Of a stretch of DNA of 64,000 nt, positions 12,885-26,180 are shown piece after piece (position 1 is the first letter of the stretch; every line of letters begins with the position of its first letter). Position numbers and translations under genes: made by a program. A model generated the notes under the pieces. It was not told the DNA's origin and made no database searches. It saw only the letters and a list, made by a program, of their open reading frames with translations. Source of the DNA: the human T2T-CHM13v2.0 reference genome, Homo sapiens; the NCBI RefSeq assembly GCF_009914755.1, contig NC_060936.1; one strand, 5' to 3'.

Positions 12885-13700
12885 ATTCCCTGACCTCATC
12901 TTGCATAACATAGGGAGTGGAAGACAGATGTCTAAATGAATCCTGGTGATTGCAGCTTCTGCAGGGAATGCTTAGCTAGAGATGTACTGCTGGAGCTCAG
13001 GGGAATGAGTGACTGACTCTGCCCAAGGCTTGCGAAGGAGATTTTATGGAGGAGCAAGGATTTAAAGGATGAGCAGTTGCTTCCAAAGTGGAGAAGAATA
13101 AATGCTTCTAGGTTAAAAAAAATAAAAGCACAAATAGAGTCCTAGACTTGTGAGCGTGGAGCATACCTTGAGGATGATGAAAGGCACAGCATGTCTAGAG
13201 TTCAGGGTGCATAGGTGAGAATATTAGGAGCCAAATTATGGTTCCCTTTGATGGGAAATCTTATACATTTTGGACCTTATTTTTAAGGTGTTGAGCAGTT
13301 GTACTAACAGTGATATAATAATAGCAACCACTTATTGGGGACTAACCATGAGGAAATAATTGCTTATTTGCATATATTATTTTATTCTCATTTGGTAAAC
13401 ATGAAAACCGAGGCTAACAGAGGTTAAATATAATAACTTAACTAAGGTCACATAGCAAATGACTTGAGCTAGATTTAGAACCAGACACTGTCAGATTCCA
13501 AAGCTTCTGCTCTTAAACAATATAGTACTCTGTTGGCCTTTATGGCATTTTTTAAAGAGGGAAAATATAAATTGATATGAGATGTGTTTTAGGGAAGGTA
13601 TGATAGTGATAATGTGGTAGAAGATCCTGGACATAAGGTAGATTATGGCAATAATGCAGGTGGAAAATCATGAGTCTGAGTAAAAAGCATTAGTGGGAAG
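12885..13700 (-). mobile_element. L2 fragment interrupted by a MIR
   Basis: Purine-rich L2 antisense motifs (ccctgacctcat, ttttggaccttattttt, gattatggcaataatgcaggtg). Confidence 0.55.
13320..13532 (-). mobile_element. MIR
   Basis: atgaaaaccgaggctaacagaggttaa...aaggtcacatagc...gatttagaaccaga = reverse of MIR core. Confidence 0.8.
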
Positions 13701-14159
13701 TTGTTGAATCTGAAACTGTTCGGATCTAAGATGTCAGTCTTCTGGGAAACTAACAAGCCACAGTCATGTGTGTATATACACTACTAGAAACACAATACTT
13801 CTGGATCAGAGAACAGAAAGTTTCTTCACAGAGCGTCTTTGCAGCACTGGTTCCCCATGTTCCATTCCCCATGAGACAGTGTGTTGAGGGCCAGATATGT
13901 TTATGCATACTGGGGTTGCAACAAAGGAGAGGGCCTCCAAAATTATGAAACTGAGAGCTTATGTAGGGCAGCATGGCTGTCTGCATGTCCTCCCCCACTG
14001 TGAGAGACAAATCCTGTTTGAGGAAAGGAGGGGAAGGTCCCTAGATTTTTATTACCCTTATAATGTAAGCAAATACTTCTGAATAAGAGTTTAAATATCT
14101 GGAAAACTTCCTTATCTCTAACTTTGAATGTTTGATTATCCCTCAATCATCCTCTGACC

Positions 14160-14356
14160 CAAGCTTGTCCAACCCATGGTCTGTGGGCCACGTGCAGCCT
14201 AGGACAGGTTTGAATGTGGCCCAACACAAATTTGTAACCTTTTTTTTTTTTTTTGTAGCTCATTAGCTATCATTATTGTTAGTGTATTTTATATGTGGCC
14301 CAAAGCAATTCTTCTTCCAGTGTGACCCAGGGAAGCCAAAAACTTGGACACCCCTG
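14160..14356 (-). mobile_element. MER30 hAT-Charlie MITE
   Basis: Termini caagcttgtccaa...ttggacacccctg; internal gtggcccaacacaaatttgt; partial 8-bp TSD ctctgacc / ctctaatt. Confidence 0.9.
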
Positions 14357-16274
14357 CTCTAATTCCAGTTACCAGTAACTTTTGCCTAAAAAGTCCTGAC
14401 TGTGGAAATATGAAAATATGATGGAATGTTGTTTCCTAACAGTGGTATGAACAACTGATAGAAAGCAGATAGAATTGTCATACCTTTTAAAAGATGTTGA
14501 AATCAGCCTATCATAAGCTTAGAATGCCTACATATGTAAATTGAATAGGACTGTTGTTGAGGTCAAATTACCTGTAGAAATACATTTTCAATGGTAGTCA
14601 TTAAATCCTCTGGATTACGCAAGTGATAATCTTAGTATGTACTGTCTTAGTATGAGTGCCAATAAATTTGGTTGGAAAAGAATCTTGCTTCTTCCGTATT
14701 TTGAGATATTCTAAGAAGTACTGATTAGTGATCAACAGAGAGCCAAGGAACCTTGCTTGTATTCAGAAACCCAGGAATTATTACAATTTTTGGAATATAG
14801 CAGCATAATTCTAGAATAAATTCCGTAGAATAAAAATTGCATTGGGTATGAAATTTTTAAAACTATTTTAAAATTTTAGCTGATAATGTATAAGTTTATC
14901 CCAAAAACATATAATGGGACTCAGTCCTGTTTTCCTAAAAGAAAAAGAAAAAAGTGAGAACAAATTCCTTTTATGTGTTTCACAGAGATTGTCTAGGCAC
15001 GTACCAAAAAGAAGGAATCTAATAACAGCATTAAATCAAGAGCATATTGAACCTAGCTGAATCTGACATTTTGAGAGTTCAAAAAATGGTTACCAGTTTC
15101 CAGAATAATACAATGTCATTTATTTCCAACACTTTTTCTTTTGTTGGTGTGTGGGTGTTGGTTGAGGGATGATACAGGGGACACAGGGAGAACAGGAAAT
15201 AGGGAGGAACCATCCAAGGATCTTCCAGTGCTGGCATTTGACATTGAGTAAATATTTTCAACATGTAACATACAAAATGAAGCTGTTAGAGCTTTGTTGT
15301 TACATTTCTCCCCACTTCTGTCATTCTCAGAGATATTAGCCTTGATTCTATCCATCACATACCAGAGAGAAGAAGGATATCAATACAAATCATCAAGAAG
15401 TGCAACTAGAATATATATACTTCAATATATAGATCTTTTTACTTTTTACATTTTTAATTGAAATGTGATAATATCAATAAAAAGTTGTTTTAAAAGGTTT
15501 CATTGTTCTGCCACCATAACACAGCAGTTTGCTTCTTTATATTACCTTCTATCTCACACTCACATATACATAGAAACATTTTTTTGCAAAGCTCTGGTAC
15601 ATATTAGGTACTTAATACATCTTTCCTATTAGCATTATATTTGTTTATTTACTCAACTAGTGGAAAAGAACAAACCAAAAGACTAAAAGTGAGTCAGGTG
15701 CAGTGAATCTGTAAGCTCGCCAGAACTACCCTAGGCTGACATTTGTCCTGCTAGTGACAAGACTGAAGGAGTAAGATGATCTCTTCTCATAGCTGTTAGG
15801 CAAGATGCAGTTCTAATTTCACATATTTATGTTGATTGCCTCATATCAGCAATTTCACAAGTCCCTTTTGAAAGCTTGATTGTTGCCTCATCAGAATTAT
15901 TCAGTTTACAATTTAACACATCAATTATTATTGAATGTATATTCCTACATCCTTAATAATCATTTTAAATAAAATGATTTTGCTGCATAAGTCAAAAGGT
16001 CTTAGAACTGTTGAGAGCACTCATATATCAGTATGTATTAAGTGAAGTCTCAAATTCTATTGTATACCTGAAGATGCTGCTTCAAATGGAGGTTCTTACT
16101 CATCCCTGAAGAGTCTGGTTTAGTAGTCTGGATGTGAGTCTATTAAATTTGTATTTTAAACCATGCCCCAGGTTATTTTGGTGCATATGGTTGTTGGACC
16201 GCATTAGAAACTAGTCTGGTTCAAGCACTTATTTAATAGATGAGTGAACTGTGGACCAGGCAAAGTAAATGACT

Positions 16275-16690
16275 ATCAGGGAGGCTGCAGGTAACAAAAA
16301 TACAGCTCATACTGTGCGGGATAATAAATTTTACTGGCTCACACAGGAGAAAATCCAGCAGCAAGGTGGGCTACAGGTGTGATTCAGTTTGGGCCCAGCT
16401 CTAACTCTTTTTGGTCACTGGGCTCTTTCCTTCTCTTTGTTTGGCATGTCACATGATTGCTTTCATGCAGTAGCAAAATGGTTGCAATGGCCATTGGAAT
16501 TGCCTGCTCCTCGTTCATATTCAGCAGCCACTTCCTATGACTCTCTTAACCCTTCCTGAAGCTTCTCAACTCATTGGCCAGAGTTGAGTCACAGATGCAT
16601 CTCTAAAGTAATTACTGGCAGAGAAAATAGAATGGCCATGATTGATACAGACTAATTCTTTCTTATTCTTGGAGCTGAGGTTAAATCTAT
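16275..16690 (-). mobile_element. Old MaLR LTR (MLT1J/K/L-like)
   Basis: ggctgcaggtaacaaaaa, ttactggctcacac, aaaatggttgca, ctcattggccagagttgagtcaca. Confidence 0.6.
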
Positions 16691-17034
16691 GATTTGCCTT
16701 GCTACTTAAGGTGGAATAAATGTAGAATTTGAAAGCTACAATGCCTCATTTTAAAAAAGGAAGAATTATGTTGAATTAAATTTTTGAATGAAAGTATGCA
16801 AATAGAAGTTGTCTCTTCTGCAAACTCTTTTTGGTATCATTTTTCATTCCTTTTCCAAACATTATGCTTAGTAATCTTATTCTAGAATAACACTGTAAAT
16901 TCTATACTTAAAAGCATGTTTAATACATAAGAAAGCACAAACAAGGAATCTTTAATATTATTTAATGAAGTTTCTATTAGGACATTTAATTAACTGTGTC
17001 ACATTCATGCACACTCAACTTGCTATTTTCAGCA

Positions 17035-18237
17035 AGGTTCATTATTAATTATACACTGCTTATGTCAGAGACCATATCAGTGCTAAGAAAATGGTGTTGA
17101 ACCCACATAGACAAGTCTTCGTGCCTGTGAAGTATTTCCAGTTGTGGATTTTGACATGTATGCTGGTAATTACAATATTGCTTTAGTCAGTTTGGGCTGC
17201 TATGACAAATGCCATAGACTAGGTGGCTTAAATAACACATATTTCTGCTCTGGAGGCTGGAAGTCCAAGACTAGGGTACCAATATGGTAGAGTTCTTAGT
17301 GATGGCTCTCTTCCTGGTTATGTCCTCACATGGCCAGCCTTTGGTGCATGCAAGCAGAAAGAGATCTTGTGTCTTGTCCTTTTTTTTTTTTTTTGTAATG
17401 GCATTAATCCCATCATGGAGCTCCACCTTTATGACCTTATCGAAACCTAATTACTCCCCAAAGCTTATCCTTCAAATACTATCACATTATGGGTTAGGGT
17501 TTAACATGAACTGGGGAGTGGGACTCATAAACACACAGTCCATAGCGAATATAGTGTGGTCAGTGCTGTGATAGGAATGCCAGAAAGATACAGTGGAAAC
17601 TGGGTTAGAAGGACTGCTTAACCAATAGTGGGAGGACAGTGTGAAGAACCTGGAGAAAGTAATATTTAAGCTGAAGCCTGAACTTGGAGCAGAAATTAGG
17701 TTAAAAGAATGGAAAAGAAAGTTTCCCAAAAAAATGAAGCAGTAACATTACCTTTATTAAACCCTCGGGAGTGCCTTACTTTCTGTTGCTTGGTTTGGGA
17801 ACTTGGCATTCGGCATTTCAGTGCACTTGGAGCACATGTGGTAGGTGGATGCTTGGTTCAGACTTTTAAGGGACTTTTTAAATTATACTAAAGAGTTGCA
17901 AGTGAATGCTCTTTGAGGAGGGAAGTGACATTATGGAATCTATATTTTCAAAGGGTGACTCTCCTCTGTAAATAGTATATTGTAGAAATGTAAGACAGGG
18001 AAGGTAAAACCATTTGAAAAGTTCTTGGTGATCCAGTTAGGAATGAAGGCAGCCTGAAGTTAGGCTGAAGGTAGCAGAACTATAAAGAAGTCAGGTTGAA
18101 GAGGAATTTAGAAGATTGAATCAGCAGGGATTTGTAATTAAGTGAATGTGGTAGGTTAGGAAGAGGGAGAACTTTAGGGTTAATGCATAAGTTTTTGACT
18201 TGAGAAACTGACCAGTTGGTGGTGCTAGCCACTGGGT
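17035..18237 (-). mobile_element. L2 fragment (host of the MLT1A insertion)
   Basis: agacaagtcttcgtgcctgtgaag, tttaagctgaagcctgaa, ggtgatccagttagga, tttttgacttgagaaactg. Confidence 0.7.
17179..17547 (-). mobile_element. MLT1A-type solo LTR
   Basis: tgctttagtcagtttgggctgctat...cagtccatagcg; exact 5-bp TSD aatat (17174-17178 / 17548-17552). Confidence 0.88.
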
Positions 18238-18689
18238 TGGCCATAAATTGAATGATGCCTATGAACCCTTCTCAATCAAATAGCACCTCTGTGACATAAA
18301 GATAAACATATGTGAGTCTGACAAAGTGATACATTTTACATTGTCAACTCTTTTACTCCTAAGTTTTACGTTTTGTCAATGCTGCTAATGTATTTAAACG
18401 TTTTTAAAAAGTGTTCATATCTTGTCAACTTTCTCTTGAAGCCCAGCTGACTCCATTACTATTTAAATTATTGACTATCACTTTGACACTTAAACACAGA
18501 TTAGCGCAGTTACATCATTTTTGAATTGCATAGGGATTTTGCTTATATTTTCGTGTGTCTTTGGTTTTTGTTTTTTATTACTGTGATTATAAACACATGA
18601 GAATGCCTTACTATCTATTACTTCTGTATTTATTAATATATCTGAGTGTGTTGATTTAATATAATTTGATTAAAATATATGTAATATAG

Positions 18690-21600
18690 TCAAAAGATGG
18701 CTCACTAGATGCAGCTGGGATGCACATCTTCTCTGGAGAGGAACCAAAATGTCAAGTAAATCTTTACACTTTGAACAGATATTTCAAGAGAAAACACTGA
18801 AATTTGATAGAGAGGTGTTTAAAAAAAATACCATGGTTAGAGAGGGAGGGAGTAGGGCTGCCTGCTCAGTGTCACTGGGTGCCGGGACTGGTTCCTAGAC
18901 TGGATCCAAAGATATGATGAGTGAAGGAACCCCAGTGTGCCACATTACCACCATAGACCTCTGAGATCATAGCTACAGGAGTTCCCACAACCCTCACAGA
19001 CCTTTAGGCTGGCAGGGGGAGCTGCCTGGAGAACACATAGAGACACTGCTTAAACGTATGTGGAGCCCAAAAAGCTTCAGTGTGCTGGGCAGCTGCAGCA
19101 AAACACCACTCTGGGTGCCTACTCCCCAAGGCTCTGTGTCCTGCATTTAGCAGCTGCAGATCCAGTGGTTTGCAAACAAAGTAGCCATTTTTACAACCAT
19201 TAAAACAGACTTCAAACCAGCAACAGTAAAATAAAGGACATTATATAATGATAAAGGGTTCAATACAATAAGAAAATTTAACTATCCTAAATATATGTGT
19301 ATCCAACATCAGAGAACCCAGATTCATAAAACAAGTACTATTAGATAAAGAAAATAGATTGACAGCAATTCAAGAATGGTGGGGGAGTTCAGCACTCCAC
19401 TGAAAACATTAGGCATGTCATCAAGGCAGAAAGTCAATAAAAAAACTGTGAACTTAAACTGGGCTCTACACCGAATGGAACTAATAGACATTTGCAGAAC
19501 ATTCTACCCAACAACCACAGAAGATACATTTTCCTTATCTGTGCACAAAACATTCTCAAAAATTGACCATATACTTATTCATAAAGCAAACTTCGACAAA
19601 TTCAAAAAATGAAATCATATCAAGTATATTTTCAGACCACAATGTAATAAAATCAGAAATCAATAACAAAAGCAACTCTCAAAACTATACAAGTACATGG
19701 AAATGAAACAACTTGCTCCTGAATGACTTTCAGGTAAACAATGAAATTAAGCCAAAAATAAAAAAAAATTCAAACAAAGAAAAATAGAGATACAATATAC
19801 CAAAACCTCTAGTGTACAGCAAAAGCAGTGCTAAGAGGAAAGTTTATAGTGTTAAATGCCTATTTCAAAAAGATGGAAATCTCTCAAAATAACAACCTGA
19901 TGTTAGACCTCAAGGAATTAAAAAAACAAAACAAAAACAAACAAAAAAACAAGACAAATCAAACAGAAACCCATCAGAAGAGAAGAAATAACAAAGATCA
20001 GAGCAGAATTAAATGAGATTGAGACCAAAAAAAACAAAAACAAAGGATCAATGAAACAAAAAAGTTGGTTCTTTGAAAAGATAAACAAAATTGACAGACT
20101 GCTGGCTAATTTAACGACCAAAAAAAATTCAAATAAGCACAATCAGAAATGATAAAGTGACAGACAGCTGATGTCACAGAAATACAAACATCATCAGAGA
20201 TTACTATAGATATCTATATGTGCCCAAATTAGAAAACATAGTGGAAATAATAAATTACTAGAAAAATACAACTTCCCAAGATTGAACCAGGAGGATACAG
20301 AAGTCCTGGACAGACCAACAATGAGTAGTAAAATTGAGTCAGTAATTTAAAAAATCTTCCAACAACAACAAAAAAGCCAAGGACCAGATGGATTCACAAC
20401 TGAATTTTACCAGATGTACACAGTAGATCTGGTAACAGTCTTACTGAAACTGTTCAAAAAAATTGAGGAGGAGGGATTCCTCCCTAACTAATTCTGTGAA
20501 ACCAGTATCACCCTGATACAAAAATCAGGCAAGGACACACAACAAAAAAATACTACAGGCCAGTATCCCTGATGAACATAGATGCAAAAGTCTCCAATAC
20601 ATGCTAGCAAATTGAATCCAAGAGCACATCAAAAATAATTCACCATGATCAAGTCGGTTTTATTCCAAGGTGCAAGGATGGTTCAATGTTTGCAAATCAT
20701 TAAATGTGATTCACCACATATACAGAATTAAAACCCAAAAACATATGATCATCTCAATATGTGCAGAAAAAAATTCAATAAAATTCAACATCCCTTCATG
20801 ATAAAAACCCTCAACAAACTAAGAATAAAAAAAAAATACCTCAAAATAATGAGTCATCTATGACAGACCCACAGCCAACATAATATTCAATGGGGAAAAG
20901 TTGAAAGCATTCTTTCTAAGAACTGGTAAAAGACGAGGATGCCTACTCTCACCACTTCTATTCAATATAGTATTTGAAGTCATAGCCAGAGAAATCAGGC
21001 AAGAGAAAGAAATAAAAGGCATCCACATTGGAAAAGAGGAAGTCAAATTATCTCTGTTCACTCATGACAGGATCTTATACCTAGAAAACCCTGAAGACTT
21101 CTCCAAAAGACTCCTTGACTTGATAAATAACTTCAGTAAATTTTCACAATACAAAATCAATGTAAAAAATTAGTAGAATTTCCATATAATAACATTCAAG
21201 CTGAGAATCAAATTAAGCACTCAATCTCATTTACAATAGCCACAAAAATAAACTACCTACAAATACATTTAACCAAGGAGGTGAAATATTTCTACAAGAA
21301 GAACTGCCAAATGCTAATGAAAAAAAATCATAGTGACACAAACAAATGGAAAGACATCTCTTGCTCATGGATTGGAAGACTCAGTATGATTAAAATGGCC
21401 TCACTATCCAAAGCAATCTACAGAGCCAACATAATGTCTATCAAATTACCAATGTAATTTTTTACAGAATTAGAGAAAAACAATCCTAACATTCATATGG
21501 AACCGAAAAAGGGCCCAAATAGTGAAAACAATCCTAAGCAAACAAACAAACAAACAAACAACAACAAAAAAAAAAGAGCCAGAGGCATAACATTACTTGA

Positions 21601-22998
21601 CTTCAATATGACTGCAAGTCTACAGTAATGAAAACAGCATGCATGGTACTGGTTCAAAAATAGAAACATAGTTTAATGAAACAGAATAGAGAACTCAGAA
21701 ATAAAGCCACATACCTATGACCAACTAATCTTTGACAAAGCTGACAAAAATAAATGATGAGGATAGGACACTCTATTCAATAAATGGTGTTGGGAAAACT
21801 GGCTATCCATATGCAAAAGTATGAAACTGGAACTGTATCTCTTACCATATTCAAAAATCAACTCAAGGTAGATTAAAGACTTAAATGTAAGACCTGAAAC
21901 TATAAAAGTCCTAGAAGAAAACCTAGGAAAACCTCTTCTGGACATTGATCTAGGCAAAGAATTTAAGACTGAGGCCCCAAAAACAAATGCAACAAAGACA
22001 AAAATAGACAAATGAGACTTAATTAAATGAAAAATCTTCAGAACAGCAAAAGAAACTATCAACAGAGTAAATACATAATCTACAGAATGGAAGAAAATAT
22101 TTGCAAATTATGCCTCCAACAGAGAACTAATTTCCAGAATCTATGAGGAACTCAAAGAATTCAAAAAGGAAGTAACAACCCCCATTAAAAAATGGACAAA
22201 GGACGTGGATGAACAGTTTTTAGAAGACACACAAGTGACCAACAAACATATGAAAAATTATTCAACATCACTAATCATCTGAGAAATGCAAATTAAAACT
22301 ACAATGAGATACTATCTTACACCAGTCAGAACAACTATTACTATAAAGTCAAAAACAGCAGATGTTGGCATGGATGTGGAGAAATGGAAATTGTTACACA
22401 CTGTTGGTGGGAATGTAAATTAGTACCTCTATGAAAAACAGTATGGAGATTTCTCAAGGGACTAAAAATATAAATACTATTCAACCCAAAAATCCCACTC
22501 CTGGGCATCTACCCAAGGGAAGTCATTATGTAAGAAAGAAACCTGCATTTATATGTTTATGCAGCACTATTCAAAACAGTGACTTTATGGAGTCAACCTA
22601 AGTGTCTATCGGTGATCAAGTGGATAAAGAAAACGTGGAATATATACACCATGGAATACTATGCAGTTATGAAAAAGGATAATACATCCTTTGCAGCAGC
22701 ATGGATGGAACTGGAGGCCATCATCCTAAGTGAAATAAATCAGAAACAAAATAAATATGGCCTGTTCTCACATATAAGTGGGAGCTCAACGATGGGTATG
22801 CACGGACATAAAGATGGAAATAATAGGTACTGGGGGCTGCTTGAGTGGGGAGGGTAGAGGGTGAGGATTAAAAAGTTACCTATTGGGTACAACGTTCACT
22901 ATTTGGGTAATAGGTACACTATAAGCCCTAACCTCACCATTATACAATATATCCATGTAATAAACCTGTACATGTACCCCCTGAATCTAAAATTTAAT
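18690..22998 (+). mobile_element. L1PA16/17-like LINE-1; 5' UTR start joined directly to ORF2 (ORF1 absent)
   Basis: 5' end aagatggctcactagatgcagctggg; ORF2 EN sequence from about 19181; ORF pieces 19376-19612, 20901-21173, 22579-22857; 3' end ggacataaagatggaaataata...cccctgaatctaaaa; TSD atatatgtaatatag / atatgtgtaacatag. Confidence 0.88.
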
Positions 22999-24298
22999 AT
23001 ATATATGTGTAACATAGAATGTAAATGTGGATGATAGCAAGGATGAATGTTATATAAAGTTAAAACAGCAAACATATAGTTCAGGCCTAGAAGGTTAAAT
23101 ATGCTGGAAGCTATTTCTATTCTCATCATTAATTTGTAAAGAAGTAATCATGAAATTACTATAGTTATAATTTTTGTTATATGTCAACTATATGCAGAGG
23201 ACCAATATGTGAAGAGAGTATTTGTTGATAAAAAGCTTTTGCATGGTAATTATTTTCTCATTACAGCAACAGATAGAACTTTCTGAAATAAAACATAATC
23301 AAGTCTCTATCAATAAATCCATACCAATCAGATTCCTCTCATTCAACTGTTTCCTATTTCTGATGGTGAGCTTGAAATTCTTCCCAGCTGCACAAATATT
23401 TTGCTGTAGCATGAAGAAAACTATATTAAAATGAAACGTATGATAATTTCTTCAGTTTTCTTAGTTGGGCATAAATGTTGACAGAGCTGACAGTCTCATA
23501 TACACAAACTCTTACATGCAAACATGTCTGATTTAGTCAAACACTCGAGTAGTTTTATGCTCTCAAGTTTTACAATCACTTTTCCTTAAAGGGTCTCTTT
23601 TTTTGTATTTTTATAGAGTACCTGGGATTCCACTTTAATTTATAGTCTAAGGTGTTTTATAAAATTAATCAATAGGAAAAATTTCTTGCTTTCCTATACA
23701 TTCAGTTTATATTTAATTTTTAGAAAAACTTGCTTTATGGATACAGATTGGCTCAGTATTTAAAATTTTGAACTATAAGATAATACTTGACATCCTATTT
23801 ATTTCTTATATTTTATAATGTATTAGCTTAAAATAAATGTCTATGTCCTGACTTTCTTATTGTTTTTCTTATCTTTTTTTTTTTTTTTTTTTGCCTGTAT
23901 TGTTACTGGGATTCTTTAACCCTATTCAGCACAATTATAATCTTTCTATTAATTTTAACTTGCATGTGCTGAGTCTTTTCATGCAGGTCATTATTTAACT
24001 CTGATTTTTAAATATATGAGGTCATATTTATTTGTCTTAGTCTCATCAAGGAAATACTTCTCATTCATATTGAAAAATCAATAATTTCTAATTTTTATCG
24101 TCAACTCTTATTCTAGTCAACTTTATATTTTTCCTTTCTATTTTTGGAAAGCCCATCAAAGTTGATCTGTAATTTCCACTTTGAATTTTATACTTATTAT
24201 TTACCATCTCTAATATTTTAAATTTCACCATACCTTTATAAATGATCTGTCATTCTTTTATATAACCCCTTGGTATGTTATTTTGACACACCAGCACT

Positions 24299-25465
24299 TG
24301 TACTAATCAGAACGGAGTAGCCTATGCTGCAGGAATAAACAATTGTGCAGGAAAAGTGTTCATATTTTTTTTTCCCATACTCACAATACTTCTGACACCA
24401 GGTGCATGGGGATTTCCCCTATGTCAACCAATTCTTTAATCCTTTGCAGACATCAACTAGGTGTCCTACAATTCGATTCAGTTCTGATAATACCTACGTG
24501 GTGTTTGCACAGACCCCACAGGTTAAGGGATCTGTCCCACAAGACTGGCTCCACTTCCAGTGCCAATCGCAAGTAGTGCGTGCCCAGATTACCTACAACT
24601 TCTGTCTAACTTAGTGACAAATTAGATATTTCCACAACACAATTCTGAGATAAGATCATTTGCTAGAATGGCTCACAGAACTCAGGAAAATACATATACC
24701 CATTTATTGTAAATGATGTTACAAAGGATACAGTTGAACAGCCAGATGGAGAGGTACATAGGGTGAGGTTCTGAAGGTCCCAAGCACAGAAGCTTCTGTT
24801 CCCATGGAGTTGGGGTATACTACACTCTGAGCACGTGGATGTGTTCACCAGTCCAGAAGCTCTCTGGTCCCCCGTACTCAAGGATTTTTATGGAGGCTTC
24901 ACAACATAAGCTTGATAGATTACTAACTTAATTTCCAGTCCCTCTCTTCCCTGGAGGATGGGGGAGGGGCTGAAAGTCCCAGGCTTCTAATTATGGCTTG
25001 GTCTTTCTGGTAACCACCAGCCCCCATCCTAAAGCTATCCAGGAGGCCACCAGGAACTGCCTCGTCAGAAAAAAAGACACTTCTGTCTCCCAAGAAATTA
25101 CAAGGGTTTTAGCAGCTCTGGACAAGGGACTGGGAGCAGAAACCAAATATACGGTTTGTATTATGTCACAACTGCTAACCCTGAAATCTTTAGCTCAATG
25201 AAACAGAAGTGTATTTATTTTCATGTTACATATTCAACTTGAGCTGATAAGAGTACACTGCTCCACATAGCCACTTGGTGATCCAGGCTAATGGAGCCCC
25301 ACACTCTTTTAAACACGTCGTCTGTGATATGTCACATATTTAGTCACAGCATTGCAACTTCATACTTCTGCTGATCGGCTACAAGTATTCACTTTGCCCA
25401 CCAAATGTATGTGCCTGAAAGCAGAGGAGAACCAGACATGTGGTAAGCACTAGAAATTTCTACTA
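24299..25465 (-). mobile_element. Old ERVL LTR (LTR33-like) split by MER21
   Basis: tgtactaatcag...tatgctgcaggaataaaca on the left; aaccctgaaatct...gatccaggctaatggagc on the right. Confidence 0.55.
24344..25170 (-). mobile_element. MER21 (B/C-like) solo LTR
   Basis: cagaccccacaggttaaggg, tgctagaatggctcacagaactcagg, gaacagccagatggagagg, ggggctgaaagtccc; TG...CA termini. Confidence 0.85.
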
Positions 25466-25980
25466 GAATGTTTCTGAAGTCAATAGCTGTATTTTAAAAC
25501 GATTTTGAGTGTGTAAAGAAGAAACTTTCTACAGTGGCAAAACTTTTTTAGAGGTACGATTGTTCACTTCCTTTGCGGAATCTAGAATTCAGAACATCAA
25601 GATATTATGCTTTAATTATAATCAATGTATTATACTAAAATAAGATTTATATCATGCAAAACATTGGCTGACATCTTAAATTGTTTTCCCCAGATTGAAT
25701 ATTAACCAGTTGCCCCATACCACTTATTGAATGCTTCTCATAACTTATTTGAATTATCATCTTTGTATTCTAAATTCTGATGTCTTTTAGGAAGCTGGTA
25801 GAACAAGTTACTATCTTTTTTCTGTACTTTCCTTATTATTCATATATGTTTTTTAGCCTTCAAGTAAATTTTAGAATCATTTTATTGGTCTAAATTAAGA
25901 TTTGTGAAAGGATGTATAAAGTGGCTTCACCTTATCAGTATTTTGCATATTAGTAGAAACTCTTAGAATTATTCTTCGTG

Positions 25981-26180
25981 AAGACAAATTCCTAGCTTCC
26001 AGTTTCAGCTTTGCTACTTAATAGTGGTGTGACCTTAGGAAACTACTAGGCTGTCAATTGTGTCTCATTTCCTTCATCTGTAAAATAAGGATAGTAATGG
26101 CAGGTACTTTATAAGGTTACTATGAATGTGAGATAATATTAATGCTCTGGGTACAATGCCTGATATGTACTAAGTTTTGT
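25981..26180 (+). mobile_element. MIR
   Basis: gtgtgaccttagga...tttccttcatctgtaaaataaggata...tacaatgcctga. Confidence 0.8.
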
